Positions 40,101 to 47,900 of a stretch of 64,000 bases of DNA are shown piece after piece. The stretch comes from a virus (Duplodnaviria; Caudoviricetes). Within the stretch, counting starts at the first letter, position 1. The number at the start of each line of letters is the position of its first letter. The stretch lies in IMG/VR virus record IMGVR_UViG_3300005077_000489, positions 96,001 to 160,000 of that record; one strand, given 5' to 3'. The position numbers and the translations under genes were made by a program. A model generated the notes under the pieces. That model searched no databases. It was not told where the DNA came from and saw only the letters and a program-made list of their open reading frames with translations.

Positions 40101-42420
40101 CTTTACAGGGAAGGCTAGGGAGTTACGTTTTGTTGTGGAAGACAACTCTGATATGACTATAGCTTTTTATACACAGACTTCAGGGGAACCGTCTTGGACG
40201 GAACGTACTCCTACTTGGAGTGGTTCTGGGTATTTTTATTACACGTTTGATATGCCTACTAATATAACCGCTACCCGGGTGGCTTGTTTAAATACTGCTA
40301 CAGGTGTTCGATTTGAAGATATAAAATGGTGTAGGTCTATACAATTAGTAAATGCTGGAGACGAGATAGACTTTGGTACAACTGGCGGCGAACCCGGTGT
40401 CGTAGACTTGCCTTTGTATTATGGATTACCAGAAATTGTAGAAATATTCAATAATAGTAGTCACGGGAATTATGCTAATGCTCGCGTTTTGCCCAGATTC
40501 TCTAATAACTATAACTTGGACAGAAATACCCAATTATCTGAAGATATGGTAAATTGGTATGGGTTAAATTCCGGTCTTTGTTTACCGGAGGATCTACCAT
40601 TCGAAACAGGAACTTTTGTTGGAACAGAAATATCCACTGAAGGAACTATAAAGTTAATAGATAGTGCTGTCTCAGGCACATGGACTTCCAGAGTCATAGA
40701 GGTATTAGATCCATCAAGTACAGTTGCTTATGTATATACAGAGAATAGTAGTTATGATGGAAGTTATGTTAATAAAGATTACAAAACAGTAATGAATATA
40801 ATAGAAGTTCGGGCTGCAGATGCCAATATTTCTCATCCTTTGTTCGTTACTGGTGCCGGGACGGAACCACAAGACGGGGATCAGCTACCATGGAAAGCAG
40901 TAGCTTTTGATACCAGCGGAAACCTATTATCTTGGGACGGCGGCAATCTAAACCGGGGTAGTCTCACCTATATAATAGGCGGACCACACAGGACTTATTC
41001 TTATTATTCAAGGCAGCCCTTGTGGCAGTTTTATGGGGCTATGAACTCTATGGGTTATGGGGCTTACACTGCTGGTAATGAGAAGGAAAGTATAGCTTTT
41101 GGACCCTACTTATTCTATAAACTTAGAACTATTTATCCTTATGATTATTCTCCGCCAAGTTATGCTATTCCTAATGAAAATAGTTTACATATTTATGGGA
41201 ACACTTACGAATATATGATACCTGTCTTTAATAAATCTTTGAGATATACTACTAAATATACTGATGGAGTAACTAAACCAACATGGCAATGCTTAGACGT
41301 GGTCCACAGAGAACTTCCCTTTTATGAGCGTTACCAAGAATATTATTTTGATGAAGGGGGTTTTCAACTAAGAAGTTTATTCACATTTAATGGTGATACA
41401 GATACTCCTGAGAGCACCACTGAAATAGACTATATTTGTTCTTTACCGGGGACGGTCGAAGGATTATTAGCGGATAGTATAAGATGTGCAGCATGCATAG
41501 ACGGGCAGGTTGGGGATTACTATAGTTGGTTTCATTATGCCTATACCGCAGAGGGGGAGGAAGAGTATAAAACTTTATTACTTAATGGTAGTGAAATAGT
41601 TCGGGAATGGACTAACATAGAAAGGAGTTTTAACTATATGGTAGAGGCTCCTCCAGAGAGTCCTCGCGGGTTTTGGGGGATAGGAGAAACAGCAGTCTAT
41701 TGGTATGAATATGATGGTACTAATTTAACGGAAGTTTTCTCAGTTAATACAGACGGTAATAAAACATTCAAACTACTAACTTTCGGGTATAATGATTATA
41801 ATAATAATTTATGGGTAGTAGACCTAGCAACAGAACGAGTTATTCGTATAAATTTTGAGCAGCATAGTGTAGATTATAGTAGAATAGTGGATGGAGCGTG
41901 TAGTGTTTATCCAGACGCCTTTGATGGCTCGGCTTATGTTTATGTTTTAAGAGACCCTGAATTTCCATCTAATGATTGTATAAAGTTAGTACATGCTACA
42001 GACTACGATTACCTAGTTCCGGAAGTGGTTTGTGCTGTACCAGGAATCGCTTTAATAGACCCTTACAATGTGAATCTATACGGACGCGGTCATTACCCGG
42101 AAGGTTATTACAACATCATGCCACAAGATGTTGTATGGAAGGAAGTAGCGGGTGCAGAGTGGAAACGTTATAGTTCCGGCAGCCCAACATTACCTAAAGG
42201 ACAGTATAAACAATTCCGGATAACCTTACAAAGGAATGATTTAGATTCAGTTTCACCGGAAGTGCAATATATAAGAATACCGGTTCCAGCAGTAATAAAT
42301 AAGATACCTTATCAAGGGTATAAGAAGATATATGTTGATACTTTACTGCGTAATGAAAATACCGCTTTAAATGCCGGAGATTATTCAGCAGACTTATTAG
42401 TATGGTGGCCGAGGGATTAA
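28195..42420 (+). CDS. Giant multidomain tail fibre/adhesin-like protein (4,741 aa)
   Basis: Multiple discoidin/F5-8C-like modules (PKSWKIQGSN...YRYYRL; WRAFD...MYGSN), a LamG/ConA module (LAWHKFEE...YSVSFWFRP...WHNI), FCCH-like modules (HGLVPGDYIRIYGTEYYDG) and a C-terminal beta-propeller (NNLWVVD). No signal peptide. Confidence 0.8.
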   Translation: MLSNFLTNSGNVTSISGNDAYAPYPYWDTYTYRQLNSTEIDSLKDNDYLSGGVTFSPNQYTCLEITTPEPIYIGSIRLYGPSQLTNMEVGVVIPQLSHTLSHQNLNLLTDSERENLQGEIVYWDQIDANRGYFETTQIPLVSGSPVTLVSANYDILYSATLSGELSGVAGKTVKQILKGNDVPAEFISVHMSAGSTDLTLSDVTISPMNTENYIHTFTKENTLDDDVRDRIRYWVADTEGGEYGHFEGRDIWLDVGSGVIGKWDQYTTWSGNYSREQLAGYSYYTFRQVIPNKYLASFGDGIRVTFSGCSDRDILLNGVSYMQASSNTVTLDFQNNSSFLQYNIKGIIDRWKNDGFDINTPIETLQGATTPTNIGDYIDSQRSKQYGHFEGTEIDVDDDTEAIMYDANVIGIMAQNHGLVPGDYIRIYGTEYYDGYYQVLTYSTAHIVVIWGIYDPETFYSSAKIRKVISLGPEIDFYGRKQDCRDVLPSVQINMANGSEVYITNYSSYGLGHSSVELSDIIETGVVTSIYDVDVDSSGWLTSMPGPDNNQEWQTSMPYAYQKYFKARKKFTKYSTAWTDPSRGYTTQAAEAYDYSGKISLITEADDPEFEGDWTGSWDARFFDRIMAQPWSILIADGCPFQTLCYRGPMPVKFIFDLQTPKILNKYRMWIQLLLCPKSMADGIPAPLISKPKSWKIQGSNVNNNDDIYWTTLHEVTDFNPDDFMDTAYPPDKRVPLSCANSEWLYFRNTELYRYYRLYVYEVWIKALVYDKNPYGVIYSSGVETTHIDELDLCERRAAPGIFPTVVTSDLFADTIDSVLPLEHLRDKSKIFYCLSFDDGDEFKIYNGVDWITTVRNNGGTWQYLYNDIFYNAEDNNVRRALWQAFSIPENRMDYNSLSRINTGAYTLATPSGTYLQIGIGLLSEGVIEPMLEGIEITGIIYNPVGQSEPYELTFSGATGINIPAGEKVTSDWINADVLPTNDILIVMDTDSSASGISRFTVDRNPKYFERRDAASYDLQNVSSSLYTMKEGVVLIDSIEVRQSSTVIIPAATNDLLENSMVSLSGTEYYNGLHTAVNVAADTFEIVSKHNPETIISGAVVHERLSIGANQLQPEVQVGSLVEFSEPGGYWSTDYQSTQISGYYTVTESNCVVGYEATHLFDPSITTWFHSGQTIEDGPIHIGLNTVDFTRQYNKIRLRSAYNEDYWLREFPRGIRISACSSSSTPTLTSEVEWTLLVSGTCSLPIGAGRFNEWIPFTNSGDYNWYRLSFDSNYGSWYDCVRLSEIEIADDIDILKGCGLIGEIPGFDAKYLLDSQSYTQYVSSGTIGLGALHIGLDARNRPKKLNRFQVKSISSAITDTSDDPWLRVSPKDILVYGSNIAKPTLNTDTGWTLITTTGIALPQAGAVYSSWVGVVASDNYTTPTIKSPTMTGYTTPAPYSASATSIRGTFHEPWRAFDRDISDSSYGWASSSILTLPQSLSIYLGSPIIINAIRLRPYSGVMYSSFPETIKMYGSNILSPSITNEAHWSEITDYISIPDPGGFAWTTWVYFDNPDEYSSYKITVFETITGTPDCGFNEIYLGYREKLFPNPADIPYRHYKLKITSSHGGTSSNVEFSDLNLDYDESSYYQQTVNYNIDFPVKIFDLPPKHEVTGVNITTISGYKGGYSEQVGSTVSGTYPISFITIVDRHNKLENDKSISQIGVSSDIGGRIYFRIFEEYTEGSTERFTIWDVFSVTHSGGGFQWFTLTDPYIIPSEGNHYLGWYQANNPRKMGVTGGEGKTSYQYGDYIGTNIYLPLHHTDFLPSLAVRYNSYFDLGITTNSGLLLNNFSPARNSKIFNSSNTLGPYYDETVSIYLGRPSPVVEPNTQGSMLVTIYYKEEGEDNYGLSQLVTIKDSSHKMYDHPINNAFDSDSKNYFSPEKWLDEYQNLRFMLRFYDPVYLEAFSVAPAQVSNGIDCLPDSLMIAGSEDYARLYDAEDWTDLYFDEDYSIPTISDWKPYIYFDDHTTQYRYYNFTLWHYGYPQKYGMLGGVRVVGVLPYPTYVTTSGLLTTVRSITGDGRDANEVRLLHKSGDRRYINNIWNTYTYNGRNEVSPGTVFLMGENNMSTTCPHPVSVIKEYNGNRNELPVSPVEFGGLNILAWHKFEEETGNFIDYSGNNINVVRVGNIIIEDGKRGKAAKIVDSDSPPKYGVFTLPHHLTEYSVSFWFRPVHDIYPGYPITFDIMGGWVSYGNVPGVWHISLGRTYLYVDSPYPFRQENTLPLGSSHSTKIFFGNYGKVIYTGREVWSKKSWHNIIFSFDSDGDYKVWEDGTLDYESGTLSSTIYPPPPEIIVNPADIHYDNYDFNNCMYYGLPWIDGQGAVGEFYLDHVMHFNKVFTDEEAFTIYRLKDNSEEWDGIYFNSPQNIELPSKLIFDFGQDISVNKYSFILSNTQTWAVPKTEWLLTASGEDTWEVLDNNYIELGEMQYIEGEYIEETRELTISSETLPLAIYSIYPGEQVIEVSFETTEYFSGGHDGTYGGIYNDPVPNPFYAAYPANRTSLIAGYNVSQEMVRNNEWISLIQIVNSVSGYIKFKLWKSSPNSSTHVIEDITDLLPLSAGSNSYNVHYKTGIPYLGVSPTFFPAFYATCEIDRPYGGSDQDQYNYKSGDITGTSTGWTNMGGYYTCRLLVYYHAPKYNLGLGASSNYFYTAVSFNNLYESPLTHSYPLPVKDVIQNIYIYSNNVVQVDTEGVLRLTIKKKIPPHNLFTDYVHNITNTKAYRHYAIELVGTNDCRENLELSGLRMFDTPRVPTVSGNSLSVTSGIAANNILECISDSNPGDAAISYAVSLDNIDWCIMTASGWEPVILDKDAVLTPSGLFFSINNCDWLSLGSGTLSIAHKFVTNSNYCYPGINSYNVLATDYTASGTGSYITYSGNITYTVPMTTTISSDWLHYAWQNYGDYHILSYLVDSGYLPIGSGQGYFVDTSYTCSGSSLTPYIISRTDDVIKITASTVDGLNIGNKINIDTVSGYTIYEVEDIIGNNIVLNAPKLYDVLPTDSYYRRIVTPYYELRGEQVNVSGTEVRISEMNEDLITLSGSFNSGDIVNISSSKITGSGILPTTISGRYFNLADGGYYFSPVMTSFSTPGSYTIATNKIIAATEDYTINATDTFPKKIFTLPKDTVLFDTIITVKDSFSGDTPDTFGYISSNKTDSYYNRSYINDGTTLTNGRLISHFCLWQGTSSYYRDAYMGLNIKIKLVKQTGGSNQYYDILDTIWEGVNPVYGDFYVYLDPPFRIPSTGIHRLCYCLGAANSFYAFGVLTTSRNDGLRYKDDADPTGNNVSFLYHSGGNMSYNLVTYYTSSYSVGTLSNATYFTDTFKWNSPPTITGSIGPFATETDVYMHRQVTVGHTAGAFNVSFEHSDYMYHLFDGKLDPVPTVTSGTALSIDMGSTSNVDGYRWYYSTDGEVNSPLIWSMYGSNELPYWSHIADETSVVVNRVWSSVFSLTPGYKYYGIRFYDDYELAEIEFVYRNNTTTSGIHLLSTTSGWGFSYVGKLSYIEANTYEPGGTSIYHAISFDNSNTFKIYKNGNWVDIVRYLGQWQYNGGGWFNAPDNTKYSAFRGALDYGHTFSSIELGGILDDDWYTTGGLTSTSGRINFINAMLSDGYIVPSISYYDIYYTARSGNVTSQWWANSLIPSGYAYTVVSGSPYFFTNHYDVPLYTDETFDEYRYDREYTNNFRLYTVNRSAATSVPLYEIMVTDVQTPDDAYRLELFSHVAEDCVVVCSGITVDTAKLTDKILRTGGIQITENKLVDLELSSIPRSRGLFYGDLRLYFDTALDRPSLISAAPSSNTLNGNISTNTFLPVSVSGIVFNSNYNLSDDHYSVYFWADSPVTKLAVRTANKNSVGTGLERITELGVFPIEYEGGWNVPSGFNLLETAESKSYVHTAFSAYRYQYLSTPHLERLFDTSISGALPIFGGYYIGVESSLNYFTGKARELRFVVEDNSDMTIAFYTQTSGEPSWTERTPTWSGSGYFYYTFDMPTNITATRVACLNTATGVRFEDIKWCRSIQLVNAGDEIDFGTTGGEPGVVDLPLYYGLPEIVEIFNNSSHGNYANARVLPRFSNNYNLDRNTQLSEDMVNWYGLNSGLCLPEDLPFETGTFVGTEISTEGTIKLIDSAVSGTWTSRVIEVLDPSSTVAYVYTENSSYDGSYVNKDYKTVMNIIEVRAADANISHPLFVTGAGTEPQDGDQLPWKAVAFDTSGNLLSWDGGNLNRGSLTYIIGGPHRTYSYYSRQPLWQFYGAMNSMGYGAYTAGNEKESIAFGPYLFYKLRTIYPYDYSPPSYAIPNENSLHIYGNTYEYMIPVFNKSLRYTTKYTDGVTKPTWQCLDVVHRELPFYERYQEYYFDEGGFQLRSLFTFNGDTDTPESTTEIDYICSLPGTVEGLLADSIRCAACIDGQVGDYYSWFHYAYTAEGEEEYKTLLLNGSEIVREWTNIERSFNYMVEAPPESPRGFWGIGETAVYWYEYDGTNLTEVFSVNTDGNKTFKLLTFGYNDYNNNLWVVDLATERVIRINFEQHSVDYSRIVDGACSVYPDAFDGSAYVYVLRDPEFPSNDCIKLVHATDYDYLVPEVVCAVPGIALIDPYNVNLYGRGHYPEGYYNIMPQDVVWKEVAGAEWKRYSSGSPTLPKGQYKQFRITLQRNDLDSVSPEVQYIRIPVPAVINKIPYQGYKKIYVDTLLRNENTALNAGDYSADLLVWWPRD

Positions 42421-44996
42421 TGTCTATAAATTTAATTAAGCGTGCAGATGTTAGAAACATTTCCAATTATACTGGTTTACCGCAAACAACGGCGACCAGG
42501 AGTGAATTAAAACAATTAGTCGGCGTTGAGGATGGTAGCGGGCTAGTAGTTCCTTCTTTACACTACTTTGGCATGGAGGCTTTACTAAACAAGCCTTTCT
42601 TTTGTAAAGATTGTAGTGTGACTGTTTCCAATGGGGATGATGACTACGCAGAGTTATATTGTAGTATACTCAGGCAGTCTACAGAGTACTGGGAGAGTTT
42701 AGCCGTTACTAAAACCGACTTCGGTTTTTATATTGATTTCAACGATGTCCTACCGGACTATGCTAAGTTGATATATAAAATACAATTTACCTATTTGAAC
42801 CTATCGGTATCTCCGTCTACTCTGCAGATTATAGAACTACTCAGTGTTGATTATCCTATTAATTTTGATTTCAATGAATTTTCTGTAGTTGCTAGTAGTC
42901 ATGAAAATAGTCCGTTAAAGATTTATAATAACTCTGTACAAGGAACGGAGAGAGATGTACGCGTATTTCCTATATATAGTGGAGATTTTGCATTAGACCA
43001 GGTTTTTATGTTGACAGAAAGTGGAAAAGAGGATACTGACAAATATCATATAAACCGTGGTATATCTATTCCTGATAGTATACCATGGAGCAGCGGGTAT
43101 TTTGAGAATACCACAACTAGCGGGAGGTTTCTTACTTTGTCAGGAACCTCTACCTCTGGTAGTTGGACATCACCAGTTATTTTTACGAATAATGAAGATT
43201 ATATTACCATGTATCTATACTCAAACAACACAAATGAGAATGCTGTTGTTGAAAGAGACTGGACATCGGTTAATGAATTAATTGAGGCCCGCGGGTCTAA
43301 TGAAACACCCCTTCCTCACTTCCTAATCTTGTCTTGGAATAAAGAGTTATTCTCTATGATTGATGGCTATGGAAATTTAATGGCGGATAGTTTACCAACG
43401 CCTGATAGAAGACCAGTAGATATGTCTGCTGCAAGCCCTCCGGACCCCAGTGATCCCTATTGGTTAGTCGATGATTTTTTTGGGCCATGCGGGAATAAAG
43501 TTTCTTTTGTAAGCCCGTGCCCCTATATATTTGGGAAGTCTAAACGTATATTTATGAAGGGAGACGGAACCGTTATTCATCAGAGTGAAGACGGCTTCTA
43601 CGAAATGGCTTCCCGTGTTTATTGGGTAGGAATTCCTTACAAAATTTATGGTGATATAAATGATTACTGGACTGCTGGTTTGTATAACAATTTATTGGGG
43701 GCTGGCGATTACGGAGGTTGTACCCTTAGTTTAGCACAAGCAGGTATGCACGATAGGATGACTATAGGGAAAGAAGGTAGTCTTACAGCAGATTGGTTAT
43801 ATGGTAGGAGTATAAAGGATTACGGTATATCAAATATTTATCCGAATAAAGGATACTGCTTAAAACAAAACATAGGGGTTGCACAAGAACTCAAACCATA
43901 TGAATACTTTGGTGCGACAACTCTGGCGATGAAGAGGCATCCAAATGAATGGGCTGTAGTAAGTTCAGACATATATCCTATCGATGGTGGAGACAGATTT
44001 ATAAATGTTTATTTACTTAATATACGTAATTGGTGGGTATCCGAAAGACAGTACCTAGGCTCCTTCTCTATGGGAGGGGATGCCTGTGATGAGGGTTATG
44101 CTGTTTGTAAAAGTGAATTTGCTGATGATAATGAAGGTGGTTTTTGGTTGCACGTAGGTTATTCAAATAATATTATAAGGAAATATTCCATGGATGGTCG
44201 TTTGCTGGCTGATTATGAAGTTAAGAGAGGGTATAGTTATTTGATTGAATCTAAAGTAGAGGGAGAATTGTGGGCGGTAAGAAATACAGGTATTTATTAC
44301 TATAAAGAAGTTGGAGATGAGTTGGAGGTACAATTCAAAATAGAAGATGATCGCTTTGACTATTTACACCTAGGTGGTATAGATGATGATAACAATTTGT
44401 GGGTGGTGGACCGGGATACTTCTACTATTTATCGTATAAATTTTTCTAGTAGAGAAATAGATTATTCTAATTATGTACCTTATGTTATAGGGGTGTGGCC
44501 ACATCCATCAGATGGTTCTGCTTACTTGTATGTCAGTTTTTATCCAGATACCTTTACTACTGCAATTAAACGTGTTTGGGTTAATGATCCCTATCAATAT
44601 GAGGAATTAATAACTCCTGTTAATTCCATGCCTTTATCAGATTCAACCGGCGTCCAATTCAAAGGGAAAGTTTCCGGTAATTATATATCTGTGGGGTCAA
44701 ATGACCCAATATGGGGTAATAATGGTGACCTAACCCTGGAGTGGCAGTCTTACGCGAATGCTAGTCTGACTTTACCGACGGGTAAGTATAAACAATTTAG
44801 AATAACTTTACGAAGAAGTTCCTCTGGTGTTACTACTCCTAATATACAAAAGATTAGGATTCCGTTACCGCTCATTCTGGAGCAGGTTCCTTTCGAGGAT
44901 TATAAAAATGTTTATATTAATCCGCATCTCCGCTATGACAGGCAACGCGGACACTATACTACAGAATTAGTTTCATGGTGGCATCACGATGTATAA
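42420..44996 (+). CDS. Beta-propeller-containing appendage protein, paralog of the C-terminal ~830 aa of the 4,741-aa protein
   Basis: ATG 42420 overlaps the upstream stop (TAATG). Shares WTSPVI, IEARGS, NNLWVVD, PHPSDGSAYLY, GKYKQFRITLRR and LVSWW motifs. Confidence 0.75.
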   Translation: MSINLIKRADVRNISNYTGLPQTTATRSELKQLVGVEDGSGLVVPSLHYFGMEALLNKPFFCKDCSVTVSNGDDDYAELYCSILRQSTEYWESLAVTKTDFGFYIDFNDVLPDYAKLIYKIQFTYLNLSVSPSTLQIIELLSVDYPINFDFNEFSVVASSHENSPLKIYNNSVQGTERDVRVFPIYSGDFALDQVFMLTESGKEDTDKYHINRGISIPDSIPWSSGYFENTTTSGRFLTLSGTSTSGSWTSPVIFTNNEDYITMYLYSNNTNENAVVERDWTSVNELIEARGSNETPLPHFLILSWNKELFSMIDGYGNLMADSLPTPDRRPVDMSAASPPDPSDPYWLVDDFFGPCGNKVSFVSPCPYIFGKSKRIFMKGDGTVIHQSEDGFYEMASRVYWVGIPYKIYGDINDYWTAGLYNNLLGAGDYGGCTLSLAQAGMHDRMTIGKEGSLTADWLYGRSIKDYGISNIYPNKGYCLKQNIGVAQELKPYEYFGATTLAMKRHPNEWAVVSSDIYPIDGGDRFINVYLLNIRNWWVSERQYLGSFSMGGDACDEGYAVCKSEFADDNEGGFWLHVGYSNNIIRKYSMDGRLLADYEVKRGYSYLIESKVEGELWAVRNTGIYYYKEVGDELEVQFKIEDDRFDYLHLGGIDDDNNLWVVDRDTSTIYRINFSSREIDYSNYVPYVIGVWPHPSDGSAYLYVSFYPDTFTTAIKRVWVNDPYQYEELITPVNSMPLSDSTGVQFKGKVSGNYISVGSNDPIWGNNGDLTLEWQSYANASLTLPTGKYKQFRITLRRSSSGVTTPNIQKIRIPLPLILEQVPFEDYKNVYINPHLRYDRQRGHYTTELVSWWHHDV

Positions 44997-47900
44997 TTTA
45001 TTAGAACATGCATATTTACAAACTTGTACTTCTGGTATATCTGGGTATACTCTAGATAGTTTTACACCAAGTGGTATATTAGCAATACAGAATGGAACAT
45101 TAATCAAAACAATTGCTAATACCAAATATGTGGCTTTAGAGGCGATCTTCGGTAATGATTTCTTGTGTGATGAAGCTAGGATATATACTAGTGCTACGGG
45201 AATATCATATATATGTACGAAGGAGTTCATTTCTAATGTTGTTGCTGCTGATGGTTCCTATAATAATAGCACCGGTTATGGAACCCCTCAGATGACTAGT
45301 GCAGCAGATCCAGAGCCTTTTTCAGCATATAGTGATTATCAGGGTTGGACAGATGTTACTACCGCGATGACTTCTAACACCGCTCCTTTTCCTTACAAAG
45401 TTTTTACCACTAGTAATACTGCAAGCGGCTATAAGGCATTTGATCATAGTACACTTAATTACTGGAAAGCATCAGAGCATTTACCACAATCTATTTCTTA
45501 TGATTTTGGTTCGCAATACAAAGTGGAGAATTACAGATTTAGAAATGTGAATTCTACCACACGCAATCCTCCCAAAAGTTTTGGGTTATACGGTTCTAAT
45601 TTGGTTAGTCCGACATTAACTGATGAATCTAACTGGACTCAATTGCATTATTATTATGATTTACCGGATTATGGAGCGAACTCTTATTCCCCGTGGTTTG
45701 CTGTTACCAGCCCGGGTTTGTATAGGCATTATCGACTAAAAGTAACTGCTCTGCAATATCCGTCTGTAAGTATGTATGTTGACATAAACGAAATAGAATT
45801 CTCTACCGGTGTTGATACTGCGTGGAAAGCTTTTGACCAAACTGTCACAAGTTCTAGTGATTGTTGGACTTCTGATAGGTCACCGTTGGTGGGTAGTGGT
45901 GTTAATATAGTGTTTGGATGTGGTCCCACAGGTAAGGTATTTAATAAGTATGCCTTACAAGGAGCTAATGTAGCTGATGCTGCGGATAGAGCGAGCCCTA
46001 TAGACTGGACTTTAAAAGCAGCATTATTGACTATAGATGTGCCAGATATAAATAATCCTTCGCATTGGGTTACTTTAGATACACGGACTGGGGCAACTCC
46101 AGCAGCACAGAGTACTTGGACATCTTTTTATACTTTAAGTAATGCAACTGCATATAAATATTACAGGTTAAATATTACTAATAGATATGGTACAGCTTCT
46201 TATACTCGGATAGGTAATATTAAATTTGTTGAGTCTTCTAGATTTGGCACCACTGCTTACTCGGATTGGCGGTGCTATACTCCTACAAGGCAGGATTCTT
46301 ACTATTCTAAAGTTTTCGAGCCTCCTATAGGTCTAGAAGGTCTGCGTTTTTTCTATGCAAACTCCACTGGTAATAATGTTACAGTGTCAGGCTTTGAGGC
46401 TTTATCTTATAATGATGATAGTATAATAACTATGTCGGGTATAATCGCCAATTCATCTTTAGTTCCTAATTATTTCAGATTTAGTTTTGATACAACGGAG
46501 CCGAAGATTCTAAATATTAAAAATTATATGGATGGCTCTGCAACTCCTTTTATCCAATTACAGTATACTAATGTCTATGACATAGATAGGAATGTATTAT
46601 TTTCTACTGATTATTCTACCAATTATTATAAGGATGAGTCTTTATGGAAAGGTTTAGAGTCTGGTTTTGTCATACCGGAAGAATATGACTGGTGGTTAGG
46701 TACCTTAAGTGGTACTCAAGAGGTAAGCCGAACCCTGCGGTTGGTTGACACAGTCGTCAGTGGTTACTGGTCATCCCCAGTATTGGATACCGGAAATGTA
46801 CCAAGCATTGCCTATGTATATGGAACAGAGGGTATTTATCATAACAATAATTACAGGTTGTATAGCCCCTCTATAGAAATCAGAGCTAGTGAATCTCCCC
46901 CCGCGGAGGCATTGTTTTTAGTTATCACAACTAACAATACTCATAAGAATTTAATGTATCACCATAAGCGGGTGTTCATAGATTCTAATGGGCAAGTAAT
47001 CAATAAAGTAGAATGTAATTTAAGTACTGAAACAGGAAATAAACTTTGGCGTATAGCAGATAATACCTTTGCTGGAACAGAATTACGATATTACGGTTCT
47101 GTTAGCAGCAGGGGTACCGCATCTTTTCTTTGCCCGGGCATGACTACTTGTGGTGACACGGACCCGGTTCAGGAGATGCTTAACTATTCTAAGTGGTATA
47201 ATCTATGTAGTTGTACCATGGAGTCTAGTACTTATTGGAATAATGGTGTAACTGTTTCTGGTATAAAATGGGGGGATGAACAATCCGTGGTTTATACTAA
47301 GACTTTTCCTATTGAGGGTTCTACGGCTTTTTTCACGGCATCCATACTAACATCCACTTCCCAGGCAGAGGAAGATAGAACCATTATGACCCTCGCTTTT
47401 CAAGATGGTACTATTACTAAATTTGTAAAGCCTATGATTACAGTATTAGGAAATAAGTTATTAGGAGACGATTATTTTGAGATTATAGCAGATGTGGCTA
47501 ACAATGGTTGGTGGGTTTACTTAGGGGGAGACATAGGAAAAATTTATAAGATAGACCCTGGTAGTTTTGATACAGTAAGAATTTTTATGTCTGAGAATCC
47601 TTTGGCTGAGACAGGAGCACAAGATGATATATATTATGGTTATCTTTATTCTTTAAATATCACTAATACATTAAAGCATTTGATAGAAATTCCGAATCCG
47701 CTATACTCTGGTTTTTGGGCTTTTACTGATGAGAGTATTTATTTATATGATGAGGTGTATGATTATGATGAACCCAACCTAGTTGTAAAAAGGACCTTTA
47801 CGCAAGGTTCAATTAATACGGACACCTTCTCCGAGATACACACAGGAGCCTGTGATGCAGAAGGAAATCTGTGGGTTATAGATATTACACAAGCACGTCT

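Noticed and set aside
28195-42420. Cellular giant adhesin/S-layer interpretation
   Set aside because: No signal peptides, sortase or T1SS/T9SS signals, and no secretion genes; the context is TMP, hub-like genes and phage-type HEG.
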